A DNA stretch of 64,000 nucleotides from Glaucostegus cemiculus (GCA_976551045.1 CDPCPM010000114.1:12028001-12092000), one strand, 5' to 3'; counted from the first letter of the stretch, positions 1 to 14,014 are shown. Made by a program: numbers and translations. The notes: generated by a model not told the origin, from the letters alone.

Positions 1-1330
1 TGCTGTTCCTTTCTTATAGTTTCCAGCATTTCACACCAACCAGTGTCAGGCTAATAGATCAGCAGTATCCCTCATTCTGAGTGGAATTGCTTTCCTACCC
101 TCCAATTTCCTGGAAATGTTCAAGATTCTATAGAATTTTGGAAGATAATAACCGAGCACCTTCTACCCCCAGAGCCACACTTAGAACTCTGGGATATGGA
201 ACATAAGGTCCTTGGGATTTATCGGTTTTCCACCTCATTAGTTTCTGTCATAGTATTTCCTTACTAGTACTAATTTCTTTCACTTTCCCACTAGCACTGG
301 ACCTTTGCTGCTGCAGTATTTCCAGGAGGTTTTTAGTGTCTTCTTCTGTGAAGACAGATGTAATATATTTTTGAATTTCTCTGCTAGTTCCTTTTTCTCT
401 ATTACAGTATATATTTCCCCATTTCTGTCTGAAAGGGGCTCACATTTGTCCTTGCAAGACTTTTTTCCTTATTATGTATCTGTAGAAGGTCTGTTTTTAT
501 GTTCCTTGTTAGTTTACTCTCACATTTTAATTCCCCTTTCTTTATAATTTTTTTTGGTCATTGTTGAACTCTTAAAAAGGCCCCCAATCATTATTGCTTT
601 TTTGCAAACTTTATTCCATCTGTAATTTTTTCTGTATTCTATGGTTGAACTATCTGTTGTATCTTTGTACCTTAAAAAATGTGTATTTGCTGCAAATTGT
701 GTATTATATTTTCAATGTCAATCACTGTCTGTCCATTGTCATATTTTGTAATTCAGTTTCTCATTCTACCCCAGCCAGTCTTCCCCTTACATCTCAATAG
801 TTTAATTTGCTTAGATCGAAAACCATAGTTTCAGATTGAACTTCAGTACTTTCAAACTTAACATAAAATTCTGACATATTACAGTCATTCTTTCCTGGGG
901 GCCCTTTTAGAACAAGATGATGAATTAAATCTTCCTCGTTACATTTTCTAGAGCTAAAATAACCGGTTCCCTCATTGGTTCCTGAACATGCTGATTAAGA
1001 AATCCATTTTGCATGCATTCCACCAGTTACTCCTCTACGTTATTACTATGAATTTGACTTGTTTATACTATATGAAGATTCAAGAGCCCTGTGATTATGA
1101 TATTACTGTTGTTACAGACACCTCTAATTTCCTCACTAGACTGCACCCTACATCTCCATCACTATTTGGAGGCCTGTAATCAATGGGGATCAATATTTCC
1201 TGCACCCTGCTGCTGCTTGGTTCCACCCAAAGCAATTATAATGACAAACCATGATCTGCTGAGCCAAGATCCTTCCTAACTACTACATTGATGTCAAATG
1301 TTAAAACAGTGCTACCACATTACTTTCATA
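1..1330 (-). mobile_element. Highly degraded CR1-type LINE, ORF2 region
   Basis: Positions 40-100 (ccagtgtcaggctaata...tttcctgg) resemble 7621-7720 of the clearer minus-strand CR1; no intact ORF. Confidence 0.55.
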
Positions 1331-2374
1331 CCAATAAAAGTCCTTATAGTCATAAAGATCAAGAGCTCTTATCTCTGGAAGACCAAGGAGGCAACATAAA
1401 ACCAAAAATACCATACAAAAAGGTCAAAGCAGCATAGATCATTGCAATTGGAACAGATACAAAGATTAACAAAAGGTAACAAATGTGTTGGTAAGGGCAA
1501 CAAAGATAGATTAATGGGGGAAAAGATACTTGCAAGTGATATCATTTTTTTTTGTCTGGAAGAAGTTGGTCAGGAGCAATGTGACCCTTGTGAAAACAGG
1601 TAAATGACAATAAAAAGTTGAATGATTATGTCAATATTTACAACAGAGAAAGAGGAGAATAAGATAGACGTCAGATGAAATGGAAATTTTATTATTTTTG
1701 TTCCCTGGAGCAAATTGAAGATAATTCAACTGGTTTTTTTGAAGCAAGATTTTAACCAGCCTTTTTATTACTCTGTTTTTCCTTCTTATACACACATGTG
1801 TGAGTTTTGTTTGTGTGTACGAGTGTGCAAGTTTGTTCTTCAGTGAAGAATTAATGTCCCCTATTAACTTCAAAGCAGAAGTTTGTACCATTTTCCGTGC
1901 TAGAGAAAGTGAACCAAACTATGATTCAAATTGGCAGGTTCCATGACAATGTACATTTTGAAATTAAAAATAGTTGGGTGTGATTGACCTTTGTGATATG
2001 AATTGAATTTGCATGATAATGTAAAATATCACAATGACCTACCCGATCGGCAATAGTGCATTGTGTTAATTATTGTTTTCTATAAATTTTGCAGTAAGGA
2101 AATTCTATGAGAAGAATTTCCTGGGATGCTATTGTGTTTTCACTGAATGTTATTTGTAAAGTAACTAAAGTAAATATTGGGCATTAAATCATTTTGATTT
2201 TCTTATACTTGTCAAATCTTCTCCACAAGTGTTCAACCTGGAGCAGTAGAAATAATTGAGTAATTTTAGTTATGTTATCTATTGTGCACATAATCCTTAG
2301 GCAATAACCTGTTTCTGAGTGGGAATTGGTTATAGTCTTAGTGTATCTAAACAGCATTTTGAGAATGGAGATAA

Positions 2375-2592
2375 GAGACTGCAGATGCTGGGATCTGGAA
2401 CAACACATGAGATGCTGGAGGAACTCCGTGAGTCAAGCAGTATCTATGGAGGGAAATGGACAGTCGACATTTCGGGCTAAAACCCTTCAGCATCCAGTCC
2501 AGATGAATGGTCTTGACCTGAAACATCAACTGTCTATTTCCCTTCATAGATGCTCTTTGACCAGCTGTGTTCCTCCAACATCTTGTGCTTTG
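2375..2592. repeat. Fold-back (inverted-arm) Penelope-like short repeat
   Basis: Left arm gatgctggaggaac...tctatggagggaaatggacagtcga mirrored by right arm tcaactgtctatttcccttcatagatgc...gttcctccaacatc; family recurs many times in the window. Confidence 0.65.
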
Positions 2593-4189
2593 CAGCAGTT
2601 TGAGAATGCCCACCAGACTTAAAGATGTTGAAAGAATAGTAGTTAGACTTGAAATTAACAAGCAGTTTAAAATTGCAAATTTCTCTCATCTTACATAACC
2701 TGAGGCCATAATTTATTTGACAATAAAAATTACAGGGACAGAAGAGTTTAACTGAATAATAAATTATTCATAACTATTCAGTTTCTGTTATTGTAAAAAC
2801 GATTGTGGATTAAATCCATGAAGATTTGCCATTACATTGATAAGGATGGGTTCCTTGAAGTGATAACAAGGCAAAAATTTGGTTGGAAGCATCTGTATAA
2901 TGTTGTCACCAAAGTAACCATTTATTAGTTGTAACTTTTATCTTACTCTAACATGCAATTATTTATAAAATTAATAACGTAAACAGAGAGCTAAAGAAGC
3001 CTTTTGGGCTTCTAGAGCATGAAGTCTGTAATATTGATATGGACTTCATTCTGATTTTCCTCAATGTTTGTTGTCTAGAACTTTCAGGGTAGATTATTTC
3101 ACATATTCATATCTGATTTGAATAAACTAATCACAAATTTTTACATAATTTTGCTTTGAACATAATTAATATATGCCTCTATGCAGTAACTGAAGTAGGT
3201 GACTTGAAGGAACCTAAGGTATGCAGACGAGAACGTAAGATAATTAAAATACCAAATGACTGCTTCCTCCAATTATTTACAAGGCAAAATATAGCAGGTT
3301 GCTCTCCTTAAATAACGACAAGTTGGGAAAAAAAAACAAGACAAATTAGTCCCCAGGAATAGATGGTACTTTTCACAATTTATGAAGGCAGAAAGCAGGT
3401 GAGAGAAATGGCACTTTGGTCATCCTGTGGAAGTCAGTGAACGGTCCCAGTAAATTAGAAATGAAGTGTTTTGCCCATTCTTCAAGGATGAAAAGCAGAT
3501 CTATTTCTAAAATTTGTTAGCCTTGCACCCCTGTAGGATAGGGTAATACAACTGATAGAGCGAGAATGAGAATTACCTATATAGTAACCTCTTGAAATTT
3601 GACTAATATTAAGCAACCACTGTGGAATGAGGATTCAGGATCCTAATTGAGGATTTTTTTTTGAGTTATAAAATTATATGGACAAAATATTTTAACTGGA
3701 ATCTTAATATTTTTCAAAATCAAAGGGTATATTTACTTTCATAGAGTAATTGTTACCAAAATTATTCTGAAAATAATTTAAAATTCTTTATTTTGGAAAA
3801 TATTGCATTCCTTGTTGTAGGAATACAAAGAATAAAATTTTTAAATTTAGTGTTTGCATGCACTATCAATTTTGCATGTTTCTTTTGTTTCTTGCACTGG
3901 AAATGCAAGAATCGAGAACAAGAAATGAAGCTTGTGTGGTGTAACGTATGCTGTATATTTTGACTGTGTGGATTGGTTTGAGGTAAAGTTTGTAATATCA
4001 GGTGTAAGATTCACCTGTGATGCCTTCACAATCAGACGTGTATCAACAATACCTGAGATGTCTTATTCATAAGACATAATCAGGTTATTTGTGGTATGCC
4101 ATAAAACCACAGTTCAACATATGTTTCCAATTTCATGAGTGGATGGGGTGGCAAAGGGCAGCAAAAAACATTTGGTTAAGTTGGGAGAA

Positions 4190-4320
4190 GCCTCACCATC
4201 TCTTCAAGGTGGACAGTAAGAGAACCCATGACACTATTTTGAAGGTAGGCGGGTGAGTTATCCCCAATATTCTGGTTTATCTGTCAATCACCGTTTAAAA
4301 AATATTATCTAGTCATTAGA
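4190..4320 (+). mobile_element. DeuSINE-like (SacSINE/AmnSINE-type) fragment
   Basis: gtggacagtaagagaacccatgacactattttgaagg resembles the Deu core as I recall it; similar copies near 4860 and 58150. Confidence 0.45.
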
Positions 4321-4699
4321 AATTTTCAGATGAAAGGTATTTGACCTGACATGTTACGTCTGTTCACGTCGCTACAGATGTTGGCTGATCTGTTGAGGAC
4401 TTCCAGAACTTTCTGTTTTTATCATGTAAAATGATCATATCTGCTGTTTTAATCTCCATCCACTATTGTTTCTTCCTTGTCTTCTCTCCACCATATACTC
4501 ACACACATTGCTGAACTTTTTCATGATATTGGTAATGTATGTTACTCTGTGGTTTTATGGCACCCCATCAATAGCCTTATTATGTTGTATTTTTGAGAGA
4601 GCTGAGATTTTGATGGTGCATAGCTGATTATGAAGCCACCACAGGTGGACCCAACAGTCTGAACAAAATGAACCTGGTGAATATTATCCTCAGGCGGAT

Positions 4700-4960
4700 T
4701 GTACACTTGCTTGGCTGGTAGTAATCTCTTCTGAGTTAGAAGATTATGGCATCAAGGTTCTTTTCAGAGCCTGGGTGCAGGTTTCAATAAGTCCAGTGAA
4801 GTACTGAACAAGTACTACACCATTTGAAAGGAATGTTAGATCAAGACCTCACCATCTACTACAGCTGGATATTAAAAGATTCCATGAAACTATTTTGAAG
4901 AAAGGCAGGGGTGTTATTCTTGATCTTCTGGCCAATGTTTATTCCTAACTCACCTCATTG
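4700..4960 (+). mobile_element. DeuSINE-like fragment
   Basis: tggatattaaaagattccatgaaactattttgaagaaaggcaggggtg...tggccaatgtttattcc core. Confidence 0.5.
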
Positions 4961-5027
4961 AATTTTACAAAATTTTGATGGATCTACGCTGTCTGCCTAT
5001 GGCTAAAATATTTCCCCTGGTTGGGAG

Positions 5028-6040
5028 TGTTCAGAACGGAGGCCAGTGTTGAGTGGTGTGTCGCAGGAGTTAGTGTTGGGATCCTAGTTAATCGTTATTT
5101 ATATAAATGATCAGGATGCGAATGCACAAGGCTTGATCAGCAAGTTTGTGGATGACACGAAATTAGAAAGTGTTTTTGATAGTAAAGAAGGTTAACGTAA
5201 ATTACAGGGAGATCTTGATCAGTCAGGGAAGTGAGCCAAAGAGTGGCAAATGGATTTCAATCCAGATAAGTATGAGGTGATGCATTTTGGAAAGTCAAAC
5301 CGGTGTATGACTTGCACTACAAATGGTAGGGCACTAGGGAGTGTAATGCAACAGAGGGGACTAGGAGTACAAGTGCATAGTTCATTGAAAGTGACGTCAC
5401 AGGTAGACAGGGTGGTGAAGTACATTGGCCTTCATCAGTCAAGGGACTGAGTATGGGAGTTGGGACATTATGTATAAGTCGTTGGTGAGGCCACACTTGG
5501 AGTACTGTGTACAGTTTTGGTCCCCCGTTATAGGAAAGACATGATTAAACTAGAAAAAGTGCAGACAAGATTTACAAGGTTGTTGCCTGGATTAGAGGGC
5601 CTGAGTTACAGGGAGAGGTTGGCCAGGCTAGGTCTTTATTCCTTGGAGCGGAGGAGAATGAGGGGAGATCTTGTAGAGGTTTATAAAATCATGAGGGCAT
5701 AGATAAAGTGGAGGGTAGCAGTCTTTTCCCCAGGGTAGGGGAGTCCAATCTAGGGGGCAGAGATTTAGAGTGAGAGGGGAAAAATTTAAAAGGGACTTGA
5801 GGGGCAGCTTTTCATGCAGAGGGTAGTGAGTATATGGAATGAGCTGCCAGAGGAAGTGGTTGAGGCAGGTACATTTGTATCATTTAAGAAGCACTTGGAT
5901 AGTTACATGCAGGGCTGGGCTGAGAGTGATATGGGCCAAATGCAGGAAAATGAGACTAGATGGGAGGGCACCATGGTCGACATGAACTGGTTGGGCCAAA
6001 GGGCCTGTATCTGTGTTGTTTTGTTCTATGACTCTCTATA
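5028..6040 (+). mobile_element. 5'-truncated CR1/HER1 LINE (RT C-terminal half and 3' UTR), inserted in an older CR1 3' piece
   Basis: KFVDD, FNPDKYEVMHFG, LEKVQTRFTRLLPGLEGLSYRERL, QRVVSIWNELPEEVVEA; 3' end gggccaaagggcctgt...tctatgactctct. Confidence 0.9.
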
Positions 6041-6309
6041 ACAAAAGGTTCATCATCTCAGGACACTGGTTAAGTGATTTCAGAATGAGGTGAAGAGAGA
6101 TTTCTTTACTTAGTGTGATGAGTTTATCAAATTCTCTACCATGGAAGGTATCATGTCACCGAGTCCATTTAGGAAGATTTCTAGATACAAAGGCAGCAAG
6201 GAGTTTGGGGAGAAAGTGAGAATGTGATATTGAAATTGAGTATGAACCATAAATGGCAGGGTGGGTTCAAATGGTTTAGTACTTGCCCCATTTTCCCTGG
6301 TTTCTATCA

Positions 6310-7978
6310 TAGAGTCACAAACTCATAGAGCAATAACTGATACGGGCCCTTGGACCCAACCAGTCCATGCTGACCATGGTGCCCACCTAACTAGTCCCAA
6401 TTTCCTGCATTTGGCCCATATCCCTCCAAGCCCCACTCCTCCGTGTACCTATCCGAGTGCTTCTTAAATGATACTATTGTACCTGCCTCAACTACTTCCT
6501 CTGGCAGCTTATTCCATACAATTACTACCCTCTGCGTGAAAAAGTTGCCCTTTGGGTCCCTTTTAAATTTTTCCCATCTGATCCTAAACCTATAGCCTCT
6601 AGTTTTGAACTCCCCTACCCTGGTGAAAAGACTGTTAACATCCATCTTATCTATGCCGCTTATAATTTTAATTATTTCCATAAGGCATTCTCCTACGTTC
6701 CAAGGAATAAAGACCCAGCCTGGTCAACCTCTCCCTATAACTCAGGCCTTCCTAGCCTGGCAAAATGCTCGTACATCTTCTTTGCAGTCTTTCCGGTTTA
6801 ACCACGTCTTTTCTATAATAGGGCACCCAAAACTGTAAACAGTACTCCAAGTGTGGCCTCACCAACGATTTATACAGCTACAGCATAATATCCCAACTCC
6901 TATCCTTAAAGCTAGCATGTCAAACATCTTTTTCACCACCATGTCTACCTATGACACCGCTTTCAATGAACTGTGCACTTGTACTCCTTGGTCCCTCTGT
7001 TTCATTACAATCCCTAGTCCTTTACAATTCATACTATAAGTCCTATGCCAGTTTGTCTTTCCAAAGTGCATCATCTCACACATATCTGTATTAAAATCCA
7101 CTTGCCACTCCTCGGCCCACTTTCCTAACTGATCAAGATTCCTCTGTAATCTACGATAACCTTATTCACTATTAACAACACCTTCTAGATTTGTATCATC
7201 CACAAACTTACTGATCAAACCTTGTGTATCAAATCATTTATATAAATAACAAAGGTCCCAACACAACCCCTGCAGCACACTGGCCTCCATTCTGAGAATC
7301 AACCTTCACCACCCTCTGCTTCTTCCCTCCGAGCCAATTTTGAATCCACCTAACTAGCTCTCCCTGGATTCCATGGAACCTAATCTTCCAGACCAGCCTA
7401 CCATGCGGGACTTTGTTGAAGGCCTTGCTAAAATCCAAACAGACAACATCCACTGCCCTTCCCTCATCTACCTTTTTGGTTACTTCTTCAAAAAAAACTC
7501 TAAAAGATTTTGTCAAGCATGACTTTCCATGCACAAAGCCATGCTGACTCCTCCTAATCTGACTTTGTCCATCCAAGTACTGGTGGATCCTGTCCCTTCA
7601 GAGTTCCCTTGAGTAACTTCCCCACCACTGATGTCAGGTTGACTGGCCTTAGTTCCCTGGCTTGTCCTTGCTACCCTTCTTAAACAACGGAACATTAGCT
7701 ACTCTTCAGGAACTTCACCAGTGGCTGACGATGAAGCAAATATCTCTGCTTGGACCTCCACAACTTCTTCTCTAGCCTCCCAAGGATGCACTTGGTCAGG
7801 TCCTGGGGATTTATCTACTTTATTGCACTGTAATGCTGCAGGTACCTCGTCCCTGGTAATACGAATGTTCTCCAAAACATCTCCACTTTTTTCCCTTATC
7901 TCTTGAACGACCATGATTTTCTCTTCAGTAAACACTAAGGAGAAATAGTCATTGAAAGTCCCACCCATCTCCTGTAGT
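6310..7978 (-). mobile_element. 5'-truncated CR1/HER1 LINE
   Basis: KSPGPD, SQHGFVHGKSCLT, VDVVCLDFSKAFNKVPHGRL, FFTQRVVIVWNKLPEEVV; frameshifted. Confidence 0.92.
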
Positions 7979-9949
7979 TCGAGACACAGATGGCCATGCT
8001 GATCTCTGAGAAGTTATCTCTAAAATAGATTATCTGATCATTATCAGATTGCTCCTTAGGGGGATTTGACCTGTGTCAATTGTATGAGGCATAAATGTTT
8101 GTTGATGGTGATTGATGCTGCAATGGCAATGTCATTAAATATCAAGCACTCCTGAGGCAAAAATGTTACGAGCCAGTTATCAGTCCATGCCCGAATGTTG
8201 TCTGGGTCTTGTTCCCTGCAGGTACAAATGGTTCATTTGCTGAGGAGCTGTGGTTAAACTTTGTGCAATCATCAGCAAACCTCCCTATTTCTCATCTTAG
8301 GATGGCTCTTTCAGGTCCTATCAACCTAGCCTGAACTGCTGATGCTGTAGCTCTGTTTCACCCTCCCATTTCAGAAATGGTGTCCTATTTTTCTTGCTTT
8401 CCTTGATGTGACTTGGAGAATGACTTTAGTGCTTTTGAACAGCTTGGATTCAAATATCACTTTCATAATGAGCATAAAGCTCTGTGGAAAGTTGGTGCCA
8501 GAAAGCACTGCAATTCTTGATATGAGCATAGACTTTCTGGGATGTCACCCAATGCACCAAGCATTACATTTGCAAATATTTAGCTTTCTTCTGCCTTTCC
8601 TCATCAAAGTTGACATTTGTGCCTTTGCATTGGAACATGTCTGCAGCTGGTAAGCTGACATTTGCAATGTCCTTGCCTGTTGCCCTGGCTCCAGATTGCT
8701 TCCACTTCTAGTCTTTCCATGTCTCAGCTGTCCTTTAAACTGCACACACCATCTAATCTGATGGCTGTGACGGTGTCAGTTTTTCTGAATCTACTGGTTT
8801 TTCATTACTTCCTGACAAAGTTGTAGTTCTTGATGACCTAAAAACCTGAGGTTATGATGGAAGGAAAAGTAAAGGTTCATCTTTATATCATCTGCAACTT
8901 CAGGAGAGAAAGTGGAATGTGAGGAAGAGAATTAAACATGAGAATAACATTCTTTTACATTATTTCAAACATGCTGCAGGCCAAAGCTCTGCATTGCAAG
9001 TATGGATCCATGTCTGTCCCTCTCTGGTTGCTCTGTGCTACCTCTGGTTCTATGCCACATCCTATTGCAAGGAAGGAAGTATGTCAGTGAGTGCTGTGAA
9101 TGTGTTTGGGTGATGCTTCTGTTATGGTTGAATATTTGTAATTGTGTGGGTGCCGTGTGATGTGGAGTGGCACTTATGTGTGTGTGTGGAGGAGTGAGGG
9201 AATGGTGAACTTCCCAATAAGTTACAGAAGTCTTAATTGATAAATAAGTGTTGGCAGTGATTTATGGAGCATAGTGCATTCGTGCAATATTTGAAGCTGA
9301 TGCTGCAATTTGTAGTATATGACATTTGAAGTCCTTGACCATGCATGGCCCTCATGGAGCATATTTTATTCCCCTCCAGTTAAATAGCAGAAAATCTTGG
9401 AGCCAACTCTATTCCGTGCTGCTTCATTTTCATTTTTTTTTGCCATTTAAAATGAATTCCACAAGGACTCCCTCCAGTTGTTTCAGGCACAATAGTCTCT
9501 TCCAAGAAGTGAAAATTACCTTTCTGTCAGTGATACACAATCTTTTCTGATGGACAGCTTGGTTTTCAATCCAAATTACTTCTAAAGGCCAATAACATGC
9601 AACATAGTTATTTTACAACACATAAATGGGTATTTTAGTCACATTTTTGAAGACACAAATGCCAGAATTTATTAATAATCCAGCTTCTGTTCAGACTGCA
9701 ACCAAAGAGCAGAAAGGTAATAATTATTCCTCGTGATTCTTTATGTTTGTTTGAAATTTTTTTTCAGCTGTCACAAGTCCAAGAAACTCAATGATAGTTG
9801 GGGTCTATATGAAAACTACATTTCATCACCGATTGTAGTATACTTATTGTTTTACAAACTAAATTAAACTTCATTGTTCAAACAATGCTGGTTTTCCCTC
9901 ACTGCTTCCATCAGTTCCATGTTATTATTTGGCTTGAAAGTCAAAAAGC

Positions 9950-10150
9950 TTCAGATGCTAGAAATTTGAAGTCAAAAACAGGAAATGCTGGAAATACACT
10001 CAGTAGATAAGGCAGCACAGTGAAAAGAGAAATTCAGTTACTATGTCAGATCAATTTCTCTTTTCAGAATTTTAACCTGAATTGTTAACTCTATTTTTCT
10101 TTCCATACAGGCTGCTTAATCTGCTGACTGTTACTATCATTTTCTATTTT
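9950..10150. repeat. Degraded fold-back Penelope-like repeat
   Basis: aaatgctggaaata...ggcagca left arm and gctgc...ctgctga...cattttct right arm. Confidence 0.5.
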
Positions 10151-10609
10151 ATGATGGCCATGGAGTCTCTGACCACTGGGGGAAAATATTGAAATTTTGA
10201 GAGTTTCCGTTTTCCTGACATGAAGTGCAAATCTCCCATCTATCCTGTCACCCCCACCCCATCCCATGTCTGCTCACATATTGTTTTCTGAGTGTAGTCC
10301 TTTGTGTTTAGAAATAGGTTAATAGACAAATTACGGACCACTAAGCACGCAATGGTGCCACTGATGCTTACCAGTTTGAAACAAAAATCTGACATTAGCA
10401 GAGCACTCATAAACTTGCAGGTCCAAAAGGGTGAATGGAGTATTTATCTTGAAAATACTGGAGAACCTTCTCTTAATATAAAAAGACCATGAATTTCCCC
10501 CCCTGGATGTGCCACGTACCAAGAGTTTGGCAAGGTTGGTTAGATTGGGGGGATGAGACGGTTTTCGGTACGAGAGGGGGTTGATATTCAGATTTTTCAG
10601 TAGCTTGAT

Positions 10610-10844
10610 GCTAGAGGAACTCAGCAGGCCAGGCAGCTTCCGTGGAGAAGAGCAGGCGACCAACATTTTGGGTCAGAGCCTTTCTTCAGGACCTGGTCAG
10701 ACTCTTTTTCAGTCCTGAAGATTAGTCCTTACCCGAAACATTGACCACTTGGGTTTCTTCATGGATGCTGCATGGCCTGTTGAGTTCCTCCAGCATCATC
10801 ATGTTTTTCATCTAGACTCCAGCATCTGCAGTTCTTTGTTTCTC
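10610..10844. mobile_element. Fold-back Penelope-like element with a 15-bp target-site duplication
   Basis: Arms gaggaactcagcaggcc..gcagcttccgtgga / catggatgctgcatggcctgttgagttcctc; tttcagtagcttgat at 10595-10609 and 10845-10859. Confidence 0.7.
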
Positions 10845-11914
10845 TTTCAGTAGCTTGATTTGGAAACGCTTAAAAATGAATGTATTTATTTGTTGTCAGG
10901 GAGAGTCAAACAGGCAACAAAACATATTAACCTCTTCACTTACAGCAGCAAGTAGAAGAAGCCTCCTTGCCTCTCACAATTCCTTCTACATACTCTTGAA
11001 ATTATAAAACAACTCAATCACAACAACCATGCTCCAGAACAACAATGTTTGGGACCCTCTCAAGCTACCCAGTAATCTGGTGTAATTTTCCAGATCTGGG
11101 AATATGGGGAGAGATTTTTTTTCAATCGTGATTTCTTTTTCACCTGTTTCACACTTGTAATTTGTCTTTGGACTTTCCATATGTTGAGGCGCCAGCCAAT
11201 GGCCATGATCTCTGAAAAGCACTCGTATATCTTGTGTCTTGGCGAACAGGCTAGAAATCTTCTCCTAAGCCACACCTGTGTCATCTCAGGAACAGGTCTG
11301 ACAAGGCTTGTGCTGACTAACCTGATGTGTGTTTCCACCTTTGTTGGGACAGTGTGCTGGACTTCTGCTTGGCAGCAACTGGAATTTTTTTCTTTTAATC
11401 TATTGCTATTTATTTTCAGATAATTATTTGTGGATGAAGAACAGGACAATGCATATTAAATTAATCTTTGAAAACTGCAAGGCTGAATTGCTAAAAACAT
11501 TCTAAATGCTTCATGTGAGCATTGCTCTTATGGCAACTGCAAACTGGCCAGTGGCAGGATTAGTCAGTTGCATGATGTACCTACCTTGGATAAGCTTGTA
11601 AAATAAACATTTGTATTTTATGTAGTTGGAGTGTCAGATGTCTGTTACTCACTTTGAAGGAAGCTGAGCTGACTAGTATAACTTCCCACCTACCAGATGC
11701 AGCATGTGGGCCTTACATCAATGCTCCAAGCATTACAAACCTCCCACAGTTTTGGACTTCTAGCTGAGATCAACAACGCAGATAGAGCTGGCTCTGCATT
11801 GAGCTGCATTATGTAAATTACTGATTAGCATAGTGTTTGTTACCTGCTTTGGAAGCAACGGATACAAATTAATCATTTATTATGATTTCCCTGTATTCAT
11901 TTGTGTTCTCAGAG

Positions 11915-12155
11915 AGTATCTTCAACCTGAAATATTTACTCTGTTTCTCTCTCTGCAGATGCTGTCCAACCTGCTCAGTGTTTCGTGCATTTTCCATTTT
12001 TGTTTGTGACCTATCAATATTAAATTTCTTTGCACATCGGAGCACCAGATTATAATTCTGAAGCAAAATGCTGTGGATGCTGGAAATAGCAGGCAAGGCA
12101 GTATCTGTGGAGAGAAAAGTAAACAGAGCTAATGCTTAAGGAAGATAAGCTTTCA
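11915..12155. repeat. Two half-copies of the fold-back repeat family in opposite orientation
   Basis: cagatgctgtccaacctgctcag and ggcagtatctgtggagagaaa. Confidence 0.5.
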
Positions 12156-14014
12156 CTGGAATTTATTCAGTTAATTTGGATTTTCTCTGAGTGCAATTGA
12201 GACGAAGTGGCATTACCCCAGATCATGAAAGTGTTCTTTCTGTAATAGCTGTTATATGTTACTCTGAGACTACCAACATCACATTGTTTGTTTTTATAGC
12301 GGCTTTATTTTATTTTAATTGAACACACTTTTATTTTAAACATGCTGACTTGATTACTGCTCATTCTGGATTTCCATATTAATCCCTAACCCTGCTCATG
12401 TATAATTGAAAATTTTGTTTTTGCATAAAATCAGGATGTTTTGTATCTATTTCACAAACAACCTTGAATTGCTTAGAACACATTTGTTCTTTGGAATTGT
12501 CCAAGCCATCATGCTTTCAGTACCTCAGTACCAGGAATACCCTACTCCCATAACATTAGGACCACGGCAAAGCTGATCTTGCAGGTCCTGCACAAAAATT
12601 CCAGGATAGGAGCCTTGTTCTTTGCCTATTCTGCACTGGGTGACACCATTTGATTCTGCAAGGTTGGCCACACTGATTATGCACAAAGCCAATTTTAGAT
12701 CTAGATTAGATCTACTCGTACCTGTTGGCACTTGAGAAGGGAAGGGCATTTTCAAGGTGTTTTTCTTGCTGAGCAGAAATTTAAAAATGCTGACATCAAG
12801 AATTTGGAGCAGCTTCATTTTCTTATGCTACCTTGAAAAGGCTCAAGCAAAAAAAGATTTACAATGTTAACCACCTGTATGGGAGCTTATCCAGGGTGTC
12901 TATTACTAGTTAACCAACAGATTGTAATGAATCCAACAGGCAAGTGGTGAAAAAAAAGTTAAATCTGAGGAAATCTGCCAAACTAAGACAAGCTAATAAC
13001 TTATTCAACTGCTCAATGATCTCTTCTTCCTTTCTTGAACCATCCTTGACACTGGGATAAACCATCATAGATTAGCTATTTTCAGGCTTCATACTCACAA
13101 ACAACAAGGGATTGATCCGTTAGTACTGTTGTTCCAACTACATTTGTTGTCACATTATATTTTAGAAAGGTGATCTATAACCATACATGCACATGTAATA
13201 AAGTTGTCAAATTCGGTGTATAAGTCACTCGTGCATAAGTTGCTCCTTTTTATGGAGACATCAGTTTTAGGAGAAAAATATTGCTTAAAAAAGCACCTTT
13301 TCATAAACTATTCCCTAACCGTGTGACTGAAAGCTACTCATTTTCCAAACAATACACAGTATAAGGAAAACTTGTTATCCACACCATTGAAAAACTTTAA
13401 TGGACAATTTGAAACTCACTCCTTTACCTAAAGTTGATAGTCATTGCCAGAATATATAAATATATAAGCCTTCACTTTCAAGCCAGTGAGGTATAATAAT
13501 GTGGGAGGGGTCATGGGTGAGTGGGGGATCCATTCGCTAAACCATCATGATGCATTAACTGCAGCCCCAGTTAATGTGACCCAGAGTTGGAGACCACATA
13601 GGCTGGTTGGACACAAGGGTGTGTTAACCTGCCTGCCCAACTCTTTTTCTCTTGGCTCTTTCAAAAAAAAGTTGTAGAAAATAGATTTATATGTTAGATT
13701 TTTGTGTTAGGTAGTCTGAATGCATTGTCACTGAAGTCATTTGGAAATTGTGCCTGAATTAATTTCAGTATGGTTTGTAGTGTTTTACATATTGATATTA
13801 GCATCACATTCGATGGCAGCGCGCAGATTAGTCTTGAATTCTCTGCTCAAGGCTCTGTCATGAGGCCTGTTCTTACAAGTCCTTTAATTCAGAATCCTGG
13901 CTCTGAATGAAAGTTGACACCTTTAAGTTGAGGTGACCCTGCAGTCATATTCTTTCATATCAGCGAACTATTGGTGAATATGATGGCTCTATTTATCAAG
14001 CGTTAGGTATAAGA

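Noticed and set aside
1844-1937. Open stretch EELMSPINFKAEVCTIFRARESEPNYDSNWQ after an AG
   Set aside because: Donor (CAG|gttcca) is weak and no homology recognised
10900-11450. Cluster of ORFs and splice-like signals in apparently unique sequence
   Set aside because: No recognisable protein and no consistent exon frame
13180-13260. gtataagtc/gcataagtt repeats resembling a Tc1/Tigger-type end
   Set aside because: Could not find a matching terminal inverted repeat or transposase
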